DNA of 64,000 bases from NCBI RefSeq assembly GCF_009914755.1, contig NC_060933.1, one strand, 5' to 3'. The stretch is from the human T2T-CHM13v2.0 reference genome, Homo sapiens. A program made the translations under genes and the position numbers. The notes beneath the pieces are model-generated. The model saw only the letters and a program-made list of their open reading frames with translations. It searched no databases and was not told the origin of the DNA. How positions within the stretch are numbered: the stretch's first letter is position 1; every line of letters starts with the position of its first letter. Of the stretch, positions 1-21,327 are shown one piece after another.

Positions 1-29
1 ACCAAAAATATGAATAAATAAATAAATGT

Positions 30-636
30 GACCATGATTAAAATTATATAAACTTAAGTGAATATTAAAATCAATGATAATAAACACTCAAAACTCATCA
101 CTTCCTAATTATTATTACTGTATTTTACTACCATCTATGCTCTTAAAGTGATTTATATCTATTATATCTCTGTGATAGAAATGCTCGGCCGGGCATGGTG
201 GCTCACGCCTGTAATCCCAGCACTTTGGGAGGCTGAGGCAGATGGATCACGAGGTCAGGAGTTTGAGACCAGCCTGGCCAACATAGTGAAACCCCGTCTT
301 TACTAAAAATACAAAAAAAAAATTAGCTGGGTGTGGTGGCACGTGCCTGTAGTCCCACCTACTCAGGAGGCTGAGGTGGGAGAATTTCTTGAACCTGGGA
401 GGCAGAGGTTGCAGTGAGCCAAGACCACGCCACTGCAGTCCAGCCTAGGTTAATAGAGTGAGACTCCATCTCAAAAAAAAAAAAAAAAAAGAAAAGGGAA
501 ATGCTCAGTCCTATTACATTTTTTAAACCTGAATCAGCCATAGAGTATTTACACCACAGGAATGGGCAAACCTACAAATCATGATCCCTTCCCTGCCCTA
601 CAGAGCCAGTTGTTAAACATTTATCAGCTCACCACT
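30..636 (+). mobile_element. MER63-like hAT-Blackjack DNA transposon fossil, interrupted by an Alu
   Basis: ctcaaaactcatcacttcctaattatt and terminal ttgttaaacatttatcagctcaccact resemble the MER63 consensus. Confidence 0.7.
187..492 (+). mobile_element. AluS
   Basis: ggccgggcatggtggctcacgcc head, dimer, polyA tail, TSD gaaatgctc. Confidence 0.95.
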
Positions 637-1156
637 AATGAAGAGGCTCTCCACTGCTCCAGTGCCTCCAAGGAAATGGGCTTTTATGAGACTTTGAGTC
701 GTGCTGTCTTGCATGCTTAGGTTGTGTTTTCTCTGTTAATTAAATTTCTGGCCACAGCTTCATATTAAGAGCCCTTACAAGGCATTTCATGAGGTCTAAT
801 GATCTCAGGAGTGTGGAAAGGCACATTTCTGCAATGAGTCTAACAATATGGAGGGCTACATGAAGCATGCTGCCCTTCACAAAGGGCAGGGAAGTTACAC
901 AAGAGGAGACCAATATAAACTTAAAGCCTTTTCTTGTCTTCCCCAACCTTCAGAACATTCCTGTAGTGTTCAGTTCAACTAACAGTTATTTCATACTCAC
1001 CACAGCCAAGGCACTGGGCCAGGAGGAGGAGAAGGAAGACGCATAGTCTATTCTCAGGAAGCTTAAAGCGTGGTGAGGTGAACAGTCTCTCACCATCACA
1101 TTGAGACCTACACTGAACTCCCTATTTTAAATTATAATTCCCCTCAGCACTCCTAA

Positions 1157-1796
<640 letters not shown>

Positions 1797-3147
1797 TAAT
1801 TCCCCCATTCTTATTTTCTCCATAACACTTGTCACCTTCTAACATATTATATAATTTGTTTTTTTTAGTGATTTTTTTTTTTTTTTTTTACTGTTGTTAT
1901 TTCCTCGCTAGAATATTAGGTCCACAAGGACAAGGATTTTGGTGTGGTTTGTTCCCGTGCCTGGAATAGTTCTGGCCCAGAGTAGGCTATCCATCAATTT
2001 TTTATATACTTACATGTAACATACTAGAAAAAAACACTAAATTAAATCCTAATTCCTGCTCTACCACTTACTGTGTGACCCTGGGTAGGTTACTCTACCT
2101 CTCTGATCCTCCCTTTCTCATACGGTAAACTACACATTTGGACAAGGCTACAAACCAGACAATGAAAAACTCAAAATTCAATGTGTCTACTAGATATGGC
2201 AATCACGGCATGTCTGCCACATGCATGGCCACGTCTACTCTACAGGAAACTATCTTCTGCAGCCCCTAGCTCCAGGCAGCCATGCTCTGAACTCCACCAT
2301 GCAGCCATCTGGCTTTCTCCAAACCCCCAACTCCTCCCTTCACCTCTATGTGATTGAAAACTATGTGAACACTTGACCCCAGGGCAGACAGAGGCTTACT
2401 GTGTAGCCCAGGGAAAGACCTGCCCTAATAAGGAAGCCTAGACCAACCCAATATTACTCTTAGAAATGTAAATTGGGAAATACAGATAAAATCAGGCACT
2501 TTACAGAGGCTTAGGATGCAAGTTTGAGACAGGCTGGAGAGGCCACGATTAGCAATTAAGTAAACCAAGCTAGAAGTCAGCAAATAGCATGAGGTAGAGA
2601 AAAGACAGAGAAAATCAAGAGTTTAGCAAGAAGAGAAGTGGGCAGAAACAGAGAAAGAGACCTAAAGGACTTGGGTAACATTTCTTGGGGAGCACTTCAG
2701 GGAAAATCCTTAAAGTCTGTTGCAGAGATCCTGGTGCTGGTCTACCCTCCACCTCCAGTACCACGCAGTTTGGTCCTATTTTGCCTTCCCCTCTCAGATT
2801 TCCACGAGACTGCCTCCCTTTTGCCCACAGACCTTTCTTGAGTGAGTCTCTATCCCTTGGAATGAAAAGAACCCAATTCAGAGATAGAGGGTAAGGCCCA
2901 CAGGCTATGTTTGATTGACTTATCTGTCCTAGGAACTCCTGCCAATGTCTTGTGTGATTGTTCATCCTCTTGTTCAGAGTTGCAACAACGCTGTTTCACA
3001 CAGCGTCCTTGCAAGATCTGTACAAGGAATAGGATGGTTTGGAATGGAATAGGAGGAACAAGAACAAATGCTAAGTCCCACTCCTGCCAAGGTACGCCAC
3101 ATAATCTTTGCTGCAACCCTATAAGATAGGTATTATGTCCATCTTGA

Positions 3148-3459
<312 letters not shown>

Positions 3460-4173
3460 TAGATAAAATTTCTTGTATTTCTTGGTTTTTTGTTTGTTTG
3501 TTTTTGTCCTACTGGGAACCCTGAGATTCCACTGCAATTCTCTTCTTGAAGTCCCAGTTTTGATCCCAAGCTCCAATATGGAATTGAAAATACGAGGAAC
3601 ACCTCAACAATATTCTTCCTTTTTCTCTAGGGGCCCAGGAGAGACTAAAAGCTATGAAGGAATTTGATGTGGGGAACCCCAACAGAGCCAAGAAGGTACC
3701 CAGAGACTTTAGAAACTATAGGGACTTACTTCTCAGGACCCCTTTGAAACCTAGACCTAAGAGGATGATTTGATGCTGAGACAGCATGACATGCAGAGTG
3801 ACTCAATCCAACAGAATGCTAAGTCTCAGTGAGCTGTCACCCCATTCTGCACCAGATGAATAACTCTGCAACACTCAGATGATTGTGACCTCCTCCTGCC
3901 GTGCCTGCCCACATGTCACCAGTAGAAGCAAGAATGAACATTTGTGAAAAAATTAGTCTGCATTGTCAATTGTCATCCTGGAGAGAAAATGACTTGATCT
4001 TCAGTGATAACAGGAATATTACCATTTTTCAGCCCCATCTCATTTTTCTTCACTTACTCAGAGTCTTACTCAGCGACCTAATACTGAGTCTACTGATGTC
4101 TTCACCTGCAAGAGCAACCTCCTTCCCAAATCAGTTCCCACTCCTAACAGGAGCAGAGGCAATATCAGTAGCC

Positions 4174-4464
4174 CTTTTTTATTTTTTTTCCTGAGACAGA
4201 GTCTTGCTCTGTCGCCCAGGCTGGAGTGCAGTGGCACAATCTCGGTTTACTGCAACCTCTGCCTCCTGGGTTTGAGCGATTCCCCTGCCTCAGCCTCCTG
4301 AGTAACTGGGATTACAGGCACCTGCCACCATGCCCGGCTGATTTTTTGTAGTTTTAGTAGAGATGGGGTTTCACCGTGTTGGTCAGGCTGGTCAATTCCT
4401 GACCTCGTGATCCACCCACCTCCCAAAGTGCTGGGATTACAGGCATGAGCCACTGTGCCCAGCC
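4174..4464 (-). mobile_element. AluS
   Basis: antisense Alu dimer. Confidence 0.95.
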
Positions 4465-4672
4465 GCCTTTTTTGTTCTCTTCCTTGATCTTAGGAGTTTA
4501 GGAAATGATCACACTCCCAGATCCAAGATCTGGTGTTCTACCCTCAAAGCCAATGGACTCACAAGATCCCACCAAGCAGATCTAAATGATCTAGGACTAA
4601 TAATGCAGGCTCTGAAGTTAGAGAGACTTAGAGTCAAATCTGAACTCTGCCACTTAACCTTGCACAAGGCCA

Positions 4673-5360
<688 letters not shown>

Positions 5361-6469
5361 AGCACACAGAGTGTGATACTACTGTGTAGTTACTTTCTTC
5401 CTTCAAGTTTCCTGTAGGTCCAATAGACCAAGGATTCATTAAGCTAAGGAAGGGCCCTGTTGTCTGTATAACCACCCATCAGAAGACTCTATCCCCCATG
5501 TCACCCTCAACCTCAATGCCACTCCACAATGAACAGGCTCAGTTCACCAGCATGGGCTTATGACCTAGGCTTTTCTTCCTAGCCAGTCTTGCCCTATTGT
5601 CCTGCTTGATTTTTTGGCCTGCCCCTCTAAGCTTGAGCCTTATCCTAATAAGAAACTTTGTAGGACTGGAAGCTTCATATCTTGTTCAGCTCTTGCCAGT
5701 TCTCCTTATGAGCAGTCAATCAATGTTTTAGCAGTGGAGCCATCTTGGATCCTCAAACTTCTTGGAGGCCAAAGGGCTAAACAATTCCCAGTCACAGCGA
5801 ATTTGCTGCCAAAGATACACTCACTCAGCCTTTCCAAGGAAGTGACTGGATATGTAAAAAAGGGTTATGTACAAAGATGTTTATTGAAACATTATTTGTA
5901 ATAGCAAAATATTGGGAATAACCTAAATGTCCACCAAAGGAGAATGCTTATAAATATGAATCATCCACATGATGGATGTATAAGTTATGCCTGCCAAGTT
6001 CATCAGGGTAAACAGAAGAGACAAAATCAGATTATTTATTAGGATGGAGTTGATTTCCTAACACAGTGGGACCTGCTTTCATTTTGTTTGCCCTGCAGCT
6101 CTACTATCCCAGATTTTATTGATTCATTTCAGGGCCATTCTATAGGCAGCATCTCCACTGGGCAGCCAGGGCCCAGCTCATGTGTAGTTGGGTAGCCTTT
6201 GCTACTGCATTGGTCCCCAATCCAATCATCTGTGATTAGGGGAGCGGCTAGCTCTCCTCGAAAGTAGAGAAGGTTGTCCTGGCCTCTAATGAATTATCCT
6301 TTAGTCAGTCTAATTCAGTGAAATATTATGTACCCTTTAAAAATTGTATTTACCAGAAGTTTTTAATGACCTGGAAAAGTATGCAGGAAATATCGTTAGG
6401 TTTTTAAAATTTATAAAATTGAATCTATACTCTGACATATGTTATAACATAAATTAACCTTAAAAGACA

Positions 6470-6793
<324 letters not shown>

Positions 6794-6824
6794 TCAAAAA
6801 AAGGGCAATATTGTATGATTCCAC

Positions 6825-7143
<319 letters not shown>

Positions 7144-7665
7144 TGATTCCACTTACATGAGGTCCCAGGAGTAGTAAAATCATAATGACAGAAAATAGAA
7201 GGGTGGTTGCCAGAGGCTGGAGGGAGAGGGAAATAGGGTTTAATGTTTAATGGGTATAGAGTTTCAGTTTTGCAAGATGAATAAAGTTCTGGAGACGAAT
7301 GGATGGTGGTGATGGTTGCACAACAATGTGAATGTACTTAATACCACTGAACTGTACACTTAAAATGGCTAAAATGGTAAATTTTATGTTATGTGTATTT
7401 TACCACAATTTAAAGAATTGAATCTATAGTTTCATCACAAATGTGTGAGGTTTTCTTTTTAAACAAATGTTTGAGTATATGTGTGTGCATGTGTGTGTGT
7501 ATAATTATGCCTAGTGTTCTGCCTTTGGTAATGAGAGGAAGATGCTACAGTTTCTTCCCTCATGCTCTTCCTTTAGCTAGTGCAAGGGTTGGCAAACTGT
7601 GGCCCTTCAGCCATGTCCAGCTTCTCATTTGTTTTCATAAATAAAGTTTTATTGAAACACAGTCA

Positions 7666-8515
<850 letters not shown>

Positions 8516-8824
8516 CTAGAGCTGGTGTCTCTCCTCTATATACTTGTTCTTCAACTTCTCAACAGGCGCAAAGCCTTCTATTTAGATGAGACACCCAATG
8601 GGGCTACCCCAGGCCCCAGAGGTGAGGAAGACAAAAGGAAAAAGAGGTTCTCATGGCGAGTGTGATTTGTTCTTTCTGGAGTTGCATTACCAAGAAAGAC
8701 CTTCCTAAGGTACCTGAAACTTGGAATGTACCAGAAAGTGGGAAGAAGGAAGCATGTTGTCACATTGGCAAACTTAGATACGTTTTTTTAAATCTGGAAG
8801 GACATGTAAATTCATTGTAATATC

Positions 8825-9118
8825 TTTTTTTTTTTTTTAATGGAGATGGAGTCTCGCTGTGTTGCCCAGGCTGGAGTGCAGTGGTGCGATCTCTGCAACC
8901 TCCACCTCCCGGGTTCAAGCAATTCTCTTACCTTAGCCTCCCAAGTATCTGGGACTACAGGATCACACTGCCACGCCCGTCTAATTTTTTTGTATTTTAG
9001 TAGAGAGGGAGTTTCACCATGTTGCCCAGGTTGGTCTCAAACTCCTGAGCTCAGACAATCCGCCTGCCTTGGCCTCTCAAAGTGCTAGGATTATAGGTGT
9101 GAGCCACTGCGCCCGGCC
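8825..9118 (-). mobile_element. AluS
   Basis: antisense Alu, TSD attg(t/c)aatatc. Confidence 0.95.
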
Positions 9119-9525
9119 GATTGCAATATCTTTAAGTTGTGGGATTATGGATAATTTTTAAGTTCTTCTCTGTAATTTTTTATATTTATGATGTGTTATA
9201 ATGACTATACATTGCTTTTCTAATCAAAAGGTAAAGTTATTTTAATATTCCAAAAAATTATTTAAAAATCCCAGGAGCACACCAGGTTGAAATCCAGTGA
9301 GAATCTCATGAGAAACATTTCAACAGGGTCAAAAATCTGGGTAATCCTTAGCTAATCTAAGTTTGTTTTCTTGACCTGAACTCTACTCAGAAAGAGCTGA
9401 CATCTGACAAGCCCAATATTTTCCTGGCCTGCTCAGTCACGTGACCCATAAATTTCATTTGTCCAGGCACTCCCTGCTCTCCTGGGAATTCCTGTGCCTT
9501 CTACAACGTTAAAAGCAGCCTCTAA

Positions 9526-9864
<339 letters not shown>

Positions 9865-10184
9865 AAAGGTTATCCTTTCAAAGGCCATAGACATGGTTCT
9901 GCAGAGCAGTAGTCAGACCTGGATTAGGCTTTGCTACCTACCTGAGCTAGGATTAGGTATGAAAGTTTTGTCTATTAAAGGGAGGTAATCCTATCTATGA
10001 GAGAAGAAGGGATTCTGTGCTATTCTGCTCACTTACCTCTTACTCTCCCAAGGGGACTAAAAGCTAATCTGAATTGTATACAGTGGCTGGGTCTTTCTGT
10101 TAGTGATAAGGACTCCAGGTTCTCCACTGACTATTCACAGAGAAAGTATGCAGACTTGGCCAGCCTTTTATGTTATTGTCATGA

Positions 10185-10322
10185 TGTCTGTCCTTCATCC
10201 ACAAGGAAATTTCTTGTAAGGGATGTATGTAACTTTTTTAAATCTTCGTAGCCATGTTTTTTAGAAATAGACTGGGATACAGGTTTGCCCTAAGCAGTTC
10301 CCAGCTTACTTTCCTCTTTGGC
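10185..10322 (-). mobile_element. MER4A LTR fragment
   Basis: ccacaaggaaatttc...tttgccctaagcagttcccagctt, similar to the MER4A at 15.7-16.7 kb. Confidence 0.75.
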
Positions 10323-10618
10323 TCCCCACATTCAGCATTTCCCAAGATCCATTCCATACATGTTGCCCTGGTTCCAGTTAGCCAGCATCTACTGGCTAAC
10401 TGTAGAAATAATGTATGTACATTATTTCTTCATGGAGTGAGTAGATTGGTGATTCTCTTCTCCTGCTCCTCTTCCCTGGAGCAAAAGTAGTCTGAGAAGC
10501 AGGCCTTTCCTGGATATGGAAGGAGGGCAGCCATCTTGCACTTATTCCTTGATTTCCTGCCAAGTAGCTGGTCAGAGTTGTGGCATCCTAAGATTTGTGT
10601 TTAAATTCAGGGAGAGGA

Positions 10619-10913
<295 letters not shown>

Positions 10914-11324
10914 TTAGGGAGAGGAAAAAAGACTTCAAAGGCCTTGCCTTGCCTGTATCATGGGAATCTGTACTAGGTTTTTGGCATAAGCTTAGATATT
11001 TCCTTTATGTTATAGAATCAAGACATGCTTACAAAATTTCAGACAATGTCACCTTAATCTATTAACCCCCACCACTACTCCTTATAATACCTGACTTAAC
11101 AGACGTACAGAGAAGACTAAATGAAACTTAATGGGAAACAGTAGCTAAGGAGTCAGGTACATAGTAGACTTAATATCAGGGAACTTTTTCTTTCTCTCCT
11201 CCTCTTCCTTCTTCTTCTTCCTGATCTTAGGGCCCTTCATCTAATAACTATAGAATTTATAACACTGAATTATAAACACCTAACTTAACTAGATTATGAG
11301 TGCCTAAGAGGACCAAGCTGTATT

Positions 11325-11634
<310 letters not shown>

Positions 11635-11659
11635 CCCAAGCTATATTTTTCTTATTCAC

Positions 11660-12969
<1,310 letters not shown>

Positions 12970-12973
12970 GTCT

Positions 12974-13928
12974 TAAAAATGCCTTTGCAAAAATTATAAC
13001 AGTGAGAAAGTTATGACAGTGAAAGAGATCTGATCTAACCAACTCCCATCTTGCCTTTAAACCTCCAAACTGCCCTAAATCACCCCTGGGCTTAGTCCAA
13101 GCTAACTTTGGGAGACATTTAGTTTACAGTTTAAATGATAATAATCCTTCCCCAAAACTAAACTGCATTTTTTTTTTTTCCAAGACAGAGTCTTGCTCTG
13201 TCGCCCAGACTGGAGTGCAGTGGTGCAATTTGGCTCACTGCAACCTCCGCCTCCCCTGTTCAAGCAATTCTCCTGCCTCAGCCTCCCGAGTAGCTGGGAT
13301 TAACAGGTGCCCACCACCATGCCCGGCTAATTTTTGTATTTTTAGTAGAGACAGGGTTTCCCCATGTTGGCCAGGCTGGTCTTGAACTCCTGACCTCGTG
13401 ATCCACCCATCTAGGCCTCCCAAAGTGCTGGGATTACAGGTGTGAACCACCGCACCTGGCCACTAAACTGCTTTTGTAAAGCTAATGAAAGACCACCAGG
13501 TTAGGAGGATGAAGAACCTGAATTTTGCTAAGACGCAGACATAAATGATAACAAGCCATTATTCCAGAGATCACAAGATTTGCAACTACTCCAGTTACTC
13601 CTGTGGATAAATAACATTACTGTTGTAGAACCTAAGATTGGCCTTTTGAGATGTCTTTTCAGGTTTTTGCATTTCTGATCAATGATTCCACCTGGCCCCA
13701 CCAACCAGTCCTGTGGCCACAGCCAGAAGTGAACTCCCTGGCCTGCCAAACTATCCTTGAAAAACCCTAGCCTCTGAATTTGGGGGGAAATTGATTTGAC
13801 TAATAACTGTCTCCCATATGGCCTGGCCAGCCTCATGTCTGTTAAACTCTTTCTTTATTGCAATGCCATGGTCTAAATGAATTAGTTTTGTCTGTGTAGT
13901 GAGCAGGGCGAACGCATCTGCAGTTACA
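12974..13928 (+). mobile_element. LTR8/LTR8A solo LTR (ERV1)
   Basis: gcctttgcaaaaattataacagtgagaaag...gagatctgatctaaccaactcc start, gttaca end, 4-bp TSD gtct (12970-12973 and 13929-13932). Confidence 0.8.
13167..13461 (-). mobile_element. AluS inside LTR8
   Basis: antisense Alu, TSD actaaactgc. Confidence 0.95.
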
Positions 13929-14580
13929 GTCTTAGCCTGGGCTCGCCGTCAAAAGTAGATCCCACAACAAGAGCTCAGAGAGTAGGAAACTGGAGGGAAA
14001 GAAACAGAAAGAGGATGAGCCCACGTGTTATCAAGTTGGTCACAACTTTGAGTAACTGGCCCTTCTGAAGCATATAGACGGTAATACAGAATTATCTTCC
14101 CAGGAGAGGGAAACAGGGATGCGAGCACTTACCTGTCAGCTCCCATGCCCCCATTGTCAAGGGCTGCCTCATAGAGTGTTAAGTAATTCACATCTCCAGG
14201 AGGCACAGGTGTAAGTGTCAGGCAGACTTCCCTGGTGGGTTGGTAGGTGGGAAGTGCGGGAAGAAAACAAAAGATGTTCAGTGCAACTGAGGCCAGGTAC
14301 TGTCAGGCTACACTTGTGTAAAGCTGGTTGCGAAAGCAATGACATAAAAGGTGGGCCAAGTCTGCACACTTTCTTTGTAAATGGTCAGATAGTAACTATT
14401 TTAAGCTTTGCAGGCTATGTAAGGTCTCTTTCATGTGTTCTTTTTTCTTATTTTACAATTCTTTAAAAACTTGAAAAAGAAATATTCTTAGTTTGTGGCC
14501 TTAAGAAAATGGGCCACAGCCAGATTTGGCCAATGGGCTGCACTTTGCCACTTCATGGGCAAGAAGATGTGAGGCCTCCT
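13929..14580 (-). mobile_element. LTR16-like ERVL LTR, with a MER58 insertion
   Basis: tgtct|tagcctggg...aaaagtagatcc terminus becomes contiguous with the PBS once LTR8 is removed. Confidence 0.55.
14352..14538. mobile_element. MER58B-like MITE
   Basis: gtaaatggtcagatagtaactattttaagctttgcagg...cagatttggcc. Confidence 0.65.
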
Positions 14581-14661
14581 CTGGGTAGAGAGGTCTTCCT
14601 TTACCTCTTTACTTATGAGTGCAACTACCCCTCACTACTCTCAATCCCCCTTCTTGCTTGA

Positions 14662-15063
<402 letters not shown>

Positions 15064-15677
15064 AGATTCAAATATTTTCTGATTAGCAATTGTTTGAAAG
15101 AGTTTATCTAAAGACCTGGAATCAATAGAAAGGAGTGTCTCCATGAAGATAAGTGTCTGTGGAGACCAAGATTCTTATTATGCAGATGAAGACTTCAGGT
15201 AGCAGGCTTCAGAGAGAATAAGTTGCAAACATTTCTTATCAGACTTAAAAAGGGGCTAGACTCTTAGTTCATTCTCTCCTGGATCAGGAAAGCAATCTGG
15301 AAAGGGAAGGGGATTCTCTACAGAACGTAGATTTTCCCCACAAGAGACAGCTTTGCAGGGCCATTTCAAAATTTATCAAAGAAATATACTTTGAGGTAAA
15401 ATACTTCTATTTCTTTCAAGGTCTGCTATGTGTCATGTTGGTATCTTACTGCTACAAAGAGTCTCTTTTGTCAGTCTTAAGGTCTCTGTTTTAATGTTAA
15501 TGTTGGTCACCTGTACCTGAATTCCACTGGGAGGAAGGTATAATAAGGCATGTCTGACTACCCATTTCCATCACGGCCTGAACTAGTGTTTCAGTATTAC
15601 TTTAGAATGCCGTTGGCTGAGAGGACAGGTCCTTTCGGTTGGTTGGGGAGGTCTTACAATTTTATTTTCGGTTTACA
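15064..15677 (-). mobile_element. MER4D/E-like LTR, 5' part (ERV1)
   Basis: minus-strand start tgtaaaccgaaaataaaatt, aactagttcaggccgtgatgg. Confidence 0.75.
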
Positions 15678-16093
15678 CCGGTGTGAACCTCAAATATCTG
15701 AGACAGGTCTCAGTCAATTTAGGAAGTTTATTTTGCCAAAGTTAAGAATGTACGCCTGTGACACAGCCTCACAAAGTCCTGATGATATGCACCCAATGTT
15801 GTTGGGGCACAGCTTGGTTTTATACATTTTAGGGAGACATGAGACATCAATCAATATAGGTAAGATGTTCATTTGTTCCTTCTGGAAAGGCAGGAAAACT
15901 TGAAGTGGGTTGGGAGCTTCCAGGTCATAGGTAGGTAAGAGACAAATGGTTGCATTCTTTTAAGTTTCTGATTAGCCAGGCTTTCTAAAGAAGGCAGTCA
16001 GATATGCATTTATCTCAGTGAGCAGAGGGATGACTTTCAGTTCTGTTTGTCCTTTGTCCACAAGGAAATTCCTCGTGAGGAAGGCATGTAGCT

Positions 16094-16378
16094 TTTTTTT
16101 TTTTTTTTTTTTGAGATGGAGTCTTGCTGTGTGGCCTGGGCTGGAGTGCAGTGGCACAATCTCGGATCACTACAACCTCCATCTTCTGGATTCCTGTGAT
16201 TCTCCTGCCTCAGCCTCCCCAGTAGCTGGGATAACAGGCACACACCACCATACCCTGCTAATTTTCATATATTTAGTAGAGACGGGGTTTCTTCATATTG
16301 GCCAGGCTGGTCTTGAACTCCTGACCTCAAGTGATCCACCTGCCTCAGCCTCCCAAAGTGCTGGAATCACAGGCAGTC
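16094..16378 (-). mobile_element. AluS
   Basis: antisense Alu with a degenerate head. Confidence 0.9.
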
Positions 16379-16390
16379 GGCTCCATGTAG

Positions 16391-16496
16391 TTTTTTTGTT
16401 TGTTTGTTTTTGAGATGGAGTCTCACTCTGTTGCCCAGGCTGGAGTGCAATAGTGCAATCTCGGCTCACTGCAACCTCTGCCTCCACGCCCAGCCC
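16391..16496 (-). mobile_element. internally deleted Alu
   Basis: tail and right-arm end joined directly to head remnant acgcccagcc. Confidence 0.85.
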
Positions 16497-16501
16497 CCGT
16501 G

Positions 16502-16536
<35 letters not shown>

Positions 16537-16661
16537 CTTAGTAGCTATCTTTTTAAGGAATAGAATGGGAGGCAGATTTGCCCTAAGAAGTTCCCAGCTT
16601 GACTTTTCCCTTTGGCTTAGTTATATTTGGGGCCCTAAGATTTATTTTCCTTTCACACTGG

Positions 16662-16950
16662 TCACAGCAGAGGGAGACAGAGTTATTACTCAAATCAATC
16701 TCTCCAAAAATTTGGAGGCTGGGCCTTTTCAAGGACGGTTTGGTGGACCCCTTCTAGGTAGGGCCACAAGGACCAGTTGGTGGGAGTCAACAGGTCCAGA
16801 TGAAGCCATTGGTTGTCAGAAATGCAAAATCCTGAACAGACATTTCAAAAGGCCAATCTTAGGTTCTACAATAGTGATATTATTTGCAGGAGTAATTGGG
16901 GAGTTGCACATCTTGTGACCTCCAGAATAATGGCTGGTAATCATTTATGT
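16662..16950 (-). mobile_element. LTR8A-like fragment
   Basis: aaaaggccaatcttaggttctac, reverse complement of the LTR8 sequence at ~13627-13648. Confidence 0.7.
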
Positions 16951-17270
16951 TGTAAACCAAAAATAAAATTAGAAGACCCTCTGCAACCATCTGAGTGGAC
17001 TCACCCAAGGCACTCTAAAATTTAACATGAAAGACTGGTTCAGGCCATGAGGGGAAATGGGGGTGGGACATGCCTCAATATATCCCTCCAGCATTAACAT
17101 CAACACAGACTTTAAGTGTGATAAGAAACATTTACAGTCTATTCTCTCTAAAGCCTGCTACTGGGAGGCATTCTGCATGATAAAACCTAGGTCTCCACAA
17201 TCCCCGTCTTAATCCAGACACTCTTTTCTATTGATAGTAGCTTTTTCAACTAATTGCCCATCACAACAGA
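16951..17270 (+). mobile_element. MER4B-like LTR, 5' half
   Basis: tgtaaaccaaaaataaaatt...caaccatctgagtggac...cattaacatcaacacagac. Confidence 0.75.
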
Positions 17271-17274
17271 ATAT

Positions 17275-20217
<2,943 letters not shown>

Positions 20218-20221
20218 AGGC

Positions 20222-20429
20222 GCCATCCTGGCCAACATGGTAAAACCCTGCCTCTACTAAAAATACAATAATTTGCCGGGTGTGGTGGCTTATGCCTGTA
20301 GTACCAGCTACTCAGGAGGCTAAGGCAGGAGAATTGCTTGAACCCAGGAGGCAGAGGTTGCAATGAGCCAAGATCGCACCGCTGCACTCCAGCCTGGGCA
20401 ACAGAGTGAGACTCCATCTCAAAAAAAAA
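20222..20429 (+). mobile_element. 5'-truncated Alu
   Basis: begins at ccatcctggccaacatgg, fused to the L1. Confidence 0.9.
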
Positions 20430-20545
20430 TATATATATATATATACATTTTTATATATATATATATTTATGTGTGTGTATATATATACATATATACATAT
20501 GTGTATACATATATATACACACACATACATACATACATATATATT
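20429..20545. repeat. (TA)n/(CA)n/(TACA)n compound microsatellite
   Basis: seen directly. Confidence 0.95.
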
Positions 20546-21327
20546 TGGGTAAGTAGTAGTAGAATTTAGTAGGTAGGTTGTAAATTGGCAGCCTTTGGGC
20601 AAGGATATGGGAAGGAGTATGAGCAGAGAACTTAACATTTCTATGTGCCACTCCCTAAGAAAGTGGTGAAAAACAACAATCTTTGCAAATTCCAGCCCCT
20701 TCCAAAGGCAGAAAAGGCTCAAACTCATTTCCACTGTTTGCAGGCACCATTTACACCACCTACACCACTGCCCTTGGGCTGAATTTTGAATTTTGTTTTA
20801 GTTTGGATTTGTCTACAAGTATGTTAAAAGGCAGATGTTTTAAAACAGGTGTTCAGCTTGATTGCAACATAGGTTGCTTCTTGCCAGTTGTCTTACACTA
20901 GCTTGATGTATTTACTGAACGTGTCTGGCCCCTGTAGACATTTTGAGTAATCTACCTCTGACTTAGTGTTAAGAGTTTTTGAACAGCAGCCAGGCCTAGG
21001 TTTGAATCTTGATTCTACCACTAATTTCTTTCAGCCTCAACTTGCTCATCTATGTCAAACCAGGGTAGTTTTGCCTTCCTACTACAATGTATCCTAAAGT
21101 AGGACACTTAAGCCCCTGGATTTGCAAGATTCCTAGTCTAGTCCCTCTCCTGATTTTCCAAGGAGCTCCCCTAGCCTGCAGATATGTGGATGAAATGAAA
21201 AGCCAATTATGTTTGCTCTCAAGGCTGTTATCTTGCCGACAGCAGAAACCTTGGCATTCCAAAGAGATACCTGCAATTCTTGCTCCTGCCACCACTTGTG
21301 CTAAAATAACCACCCCTGGAGCTAACA

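Larger units (their letters stand above)
15682..16657 (-). mobile_element. MER4A-like solo LTR (ERV1), containing two Alus
   Basis: minus-strand tgtgaaaggaaaataaatcttagggcccc...ggttcaca; 4-bp TSD ccgg/ctgg. Confidence 0.85.

Noticed and set aside
20312-20734. 140-aa Ile/Tyr-rich ORF
   Set aside because: (TA)n/(CA)n microsatellite plus Alu.
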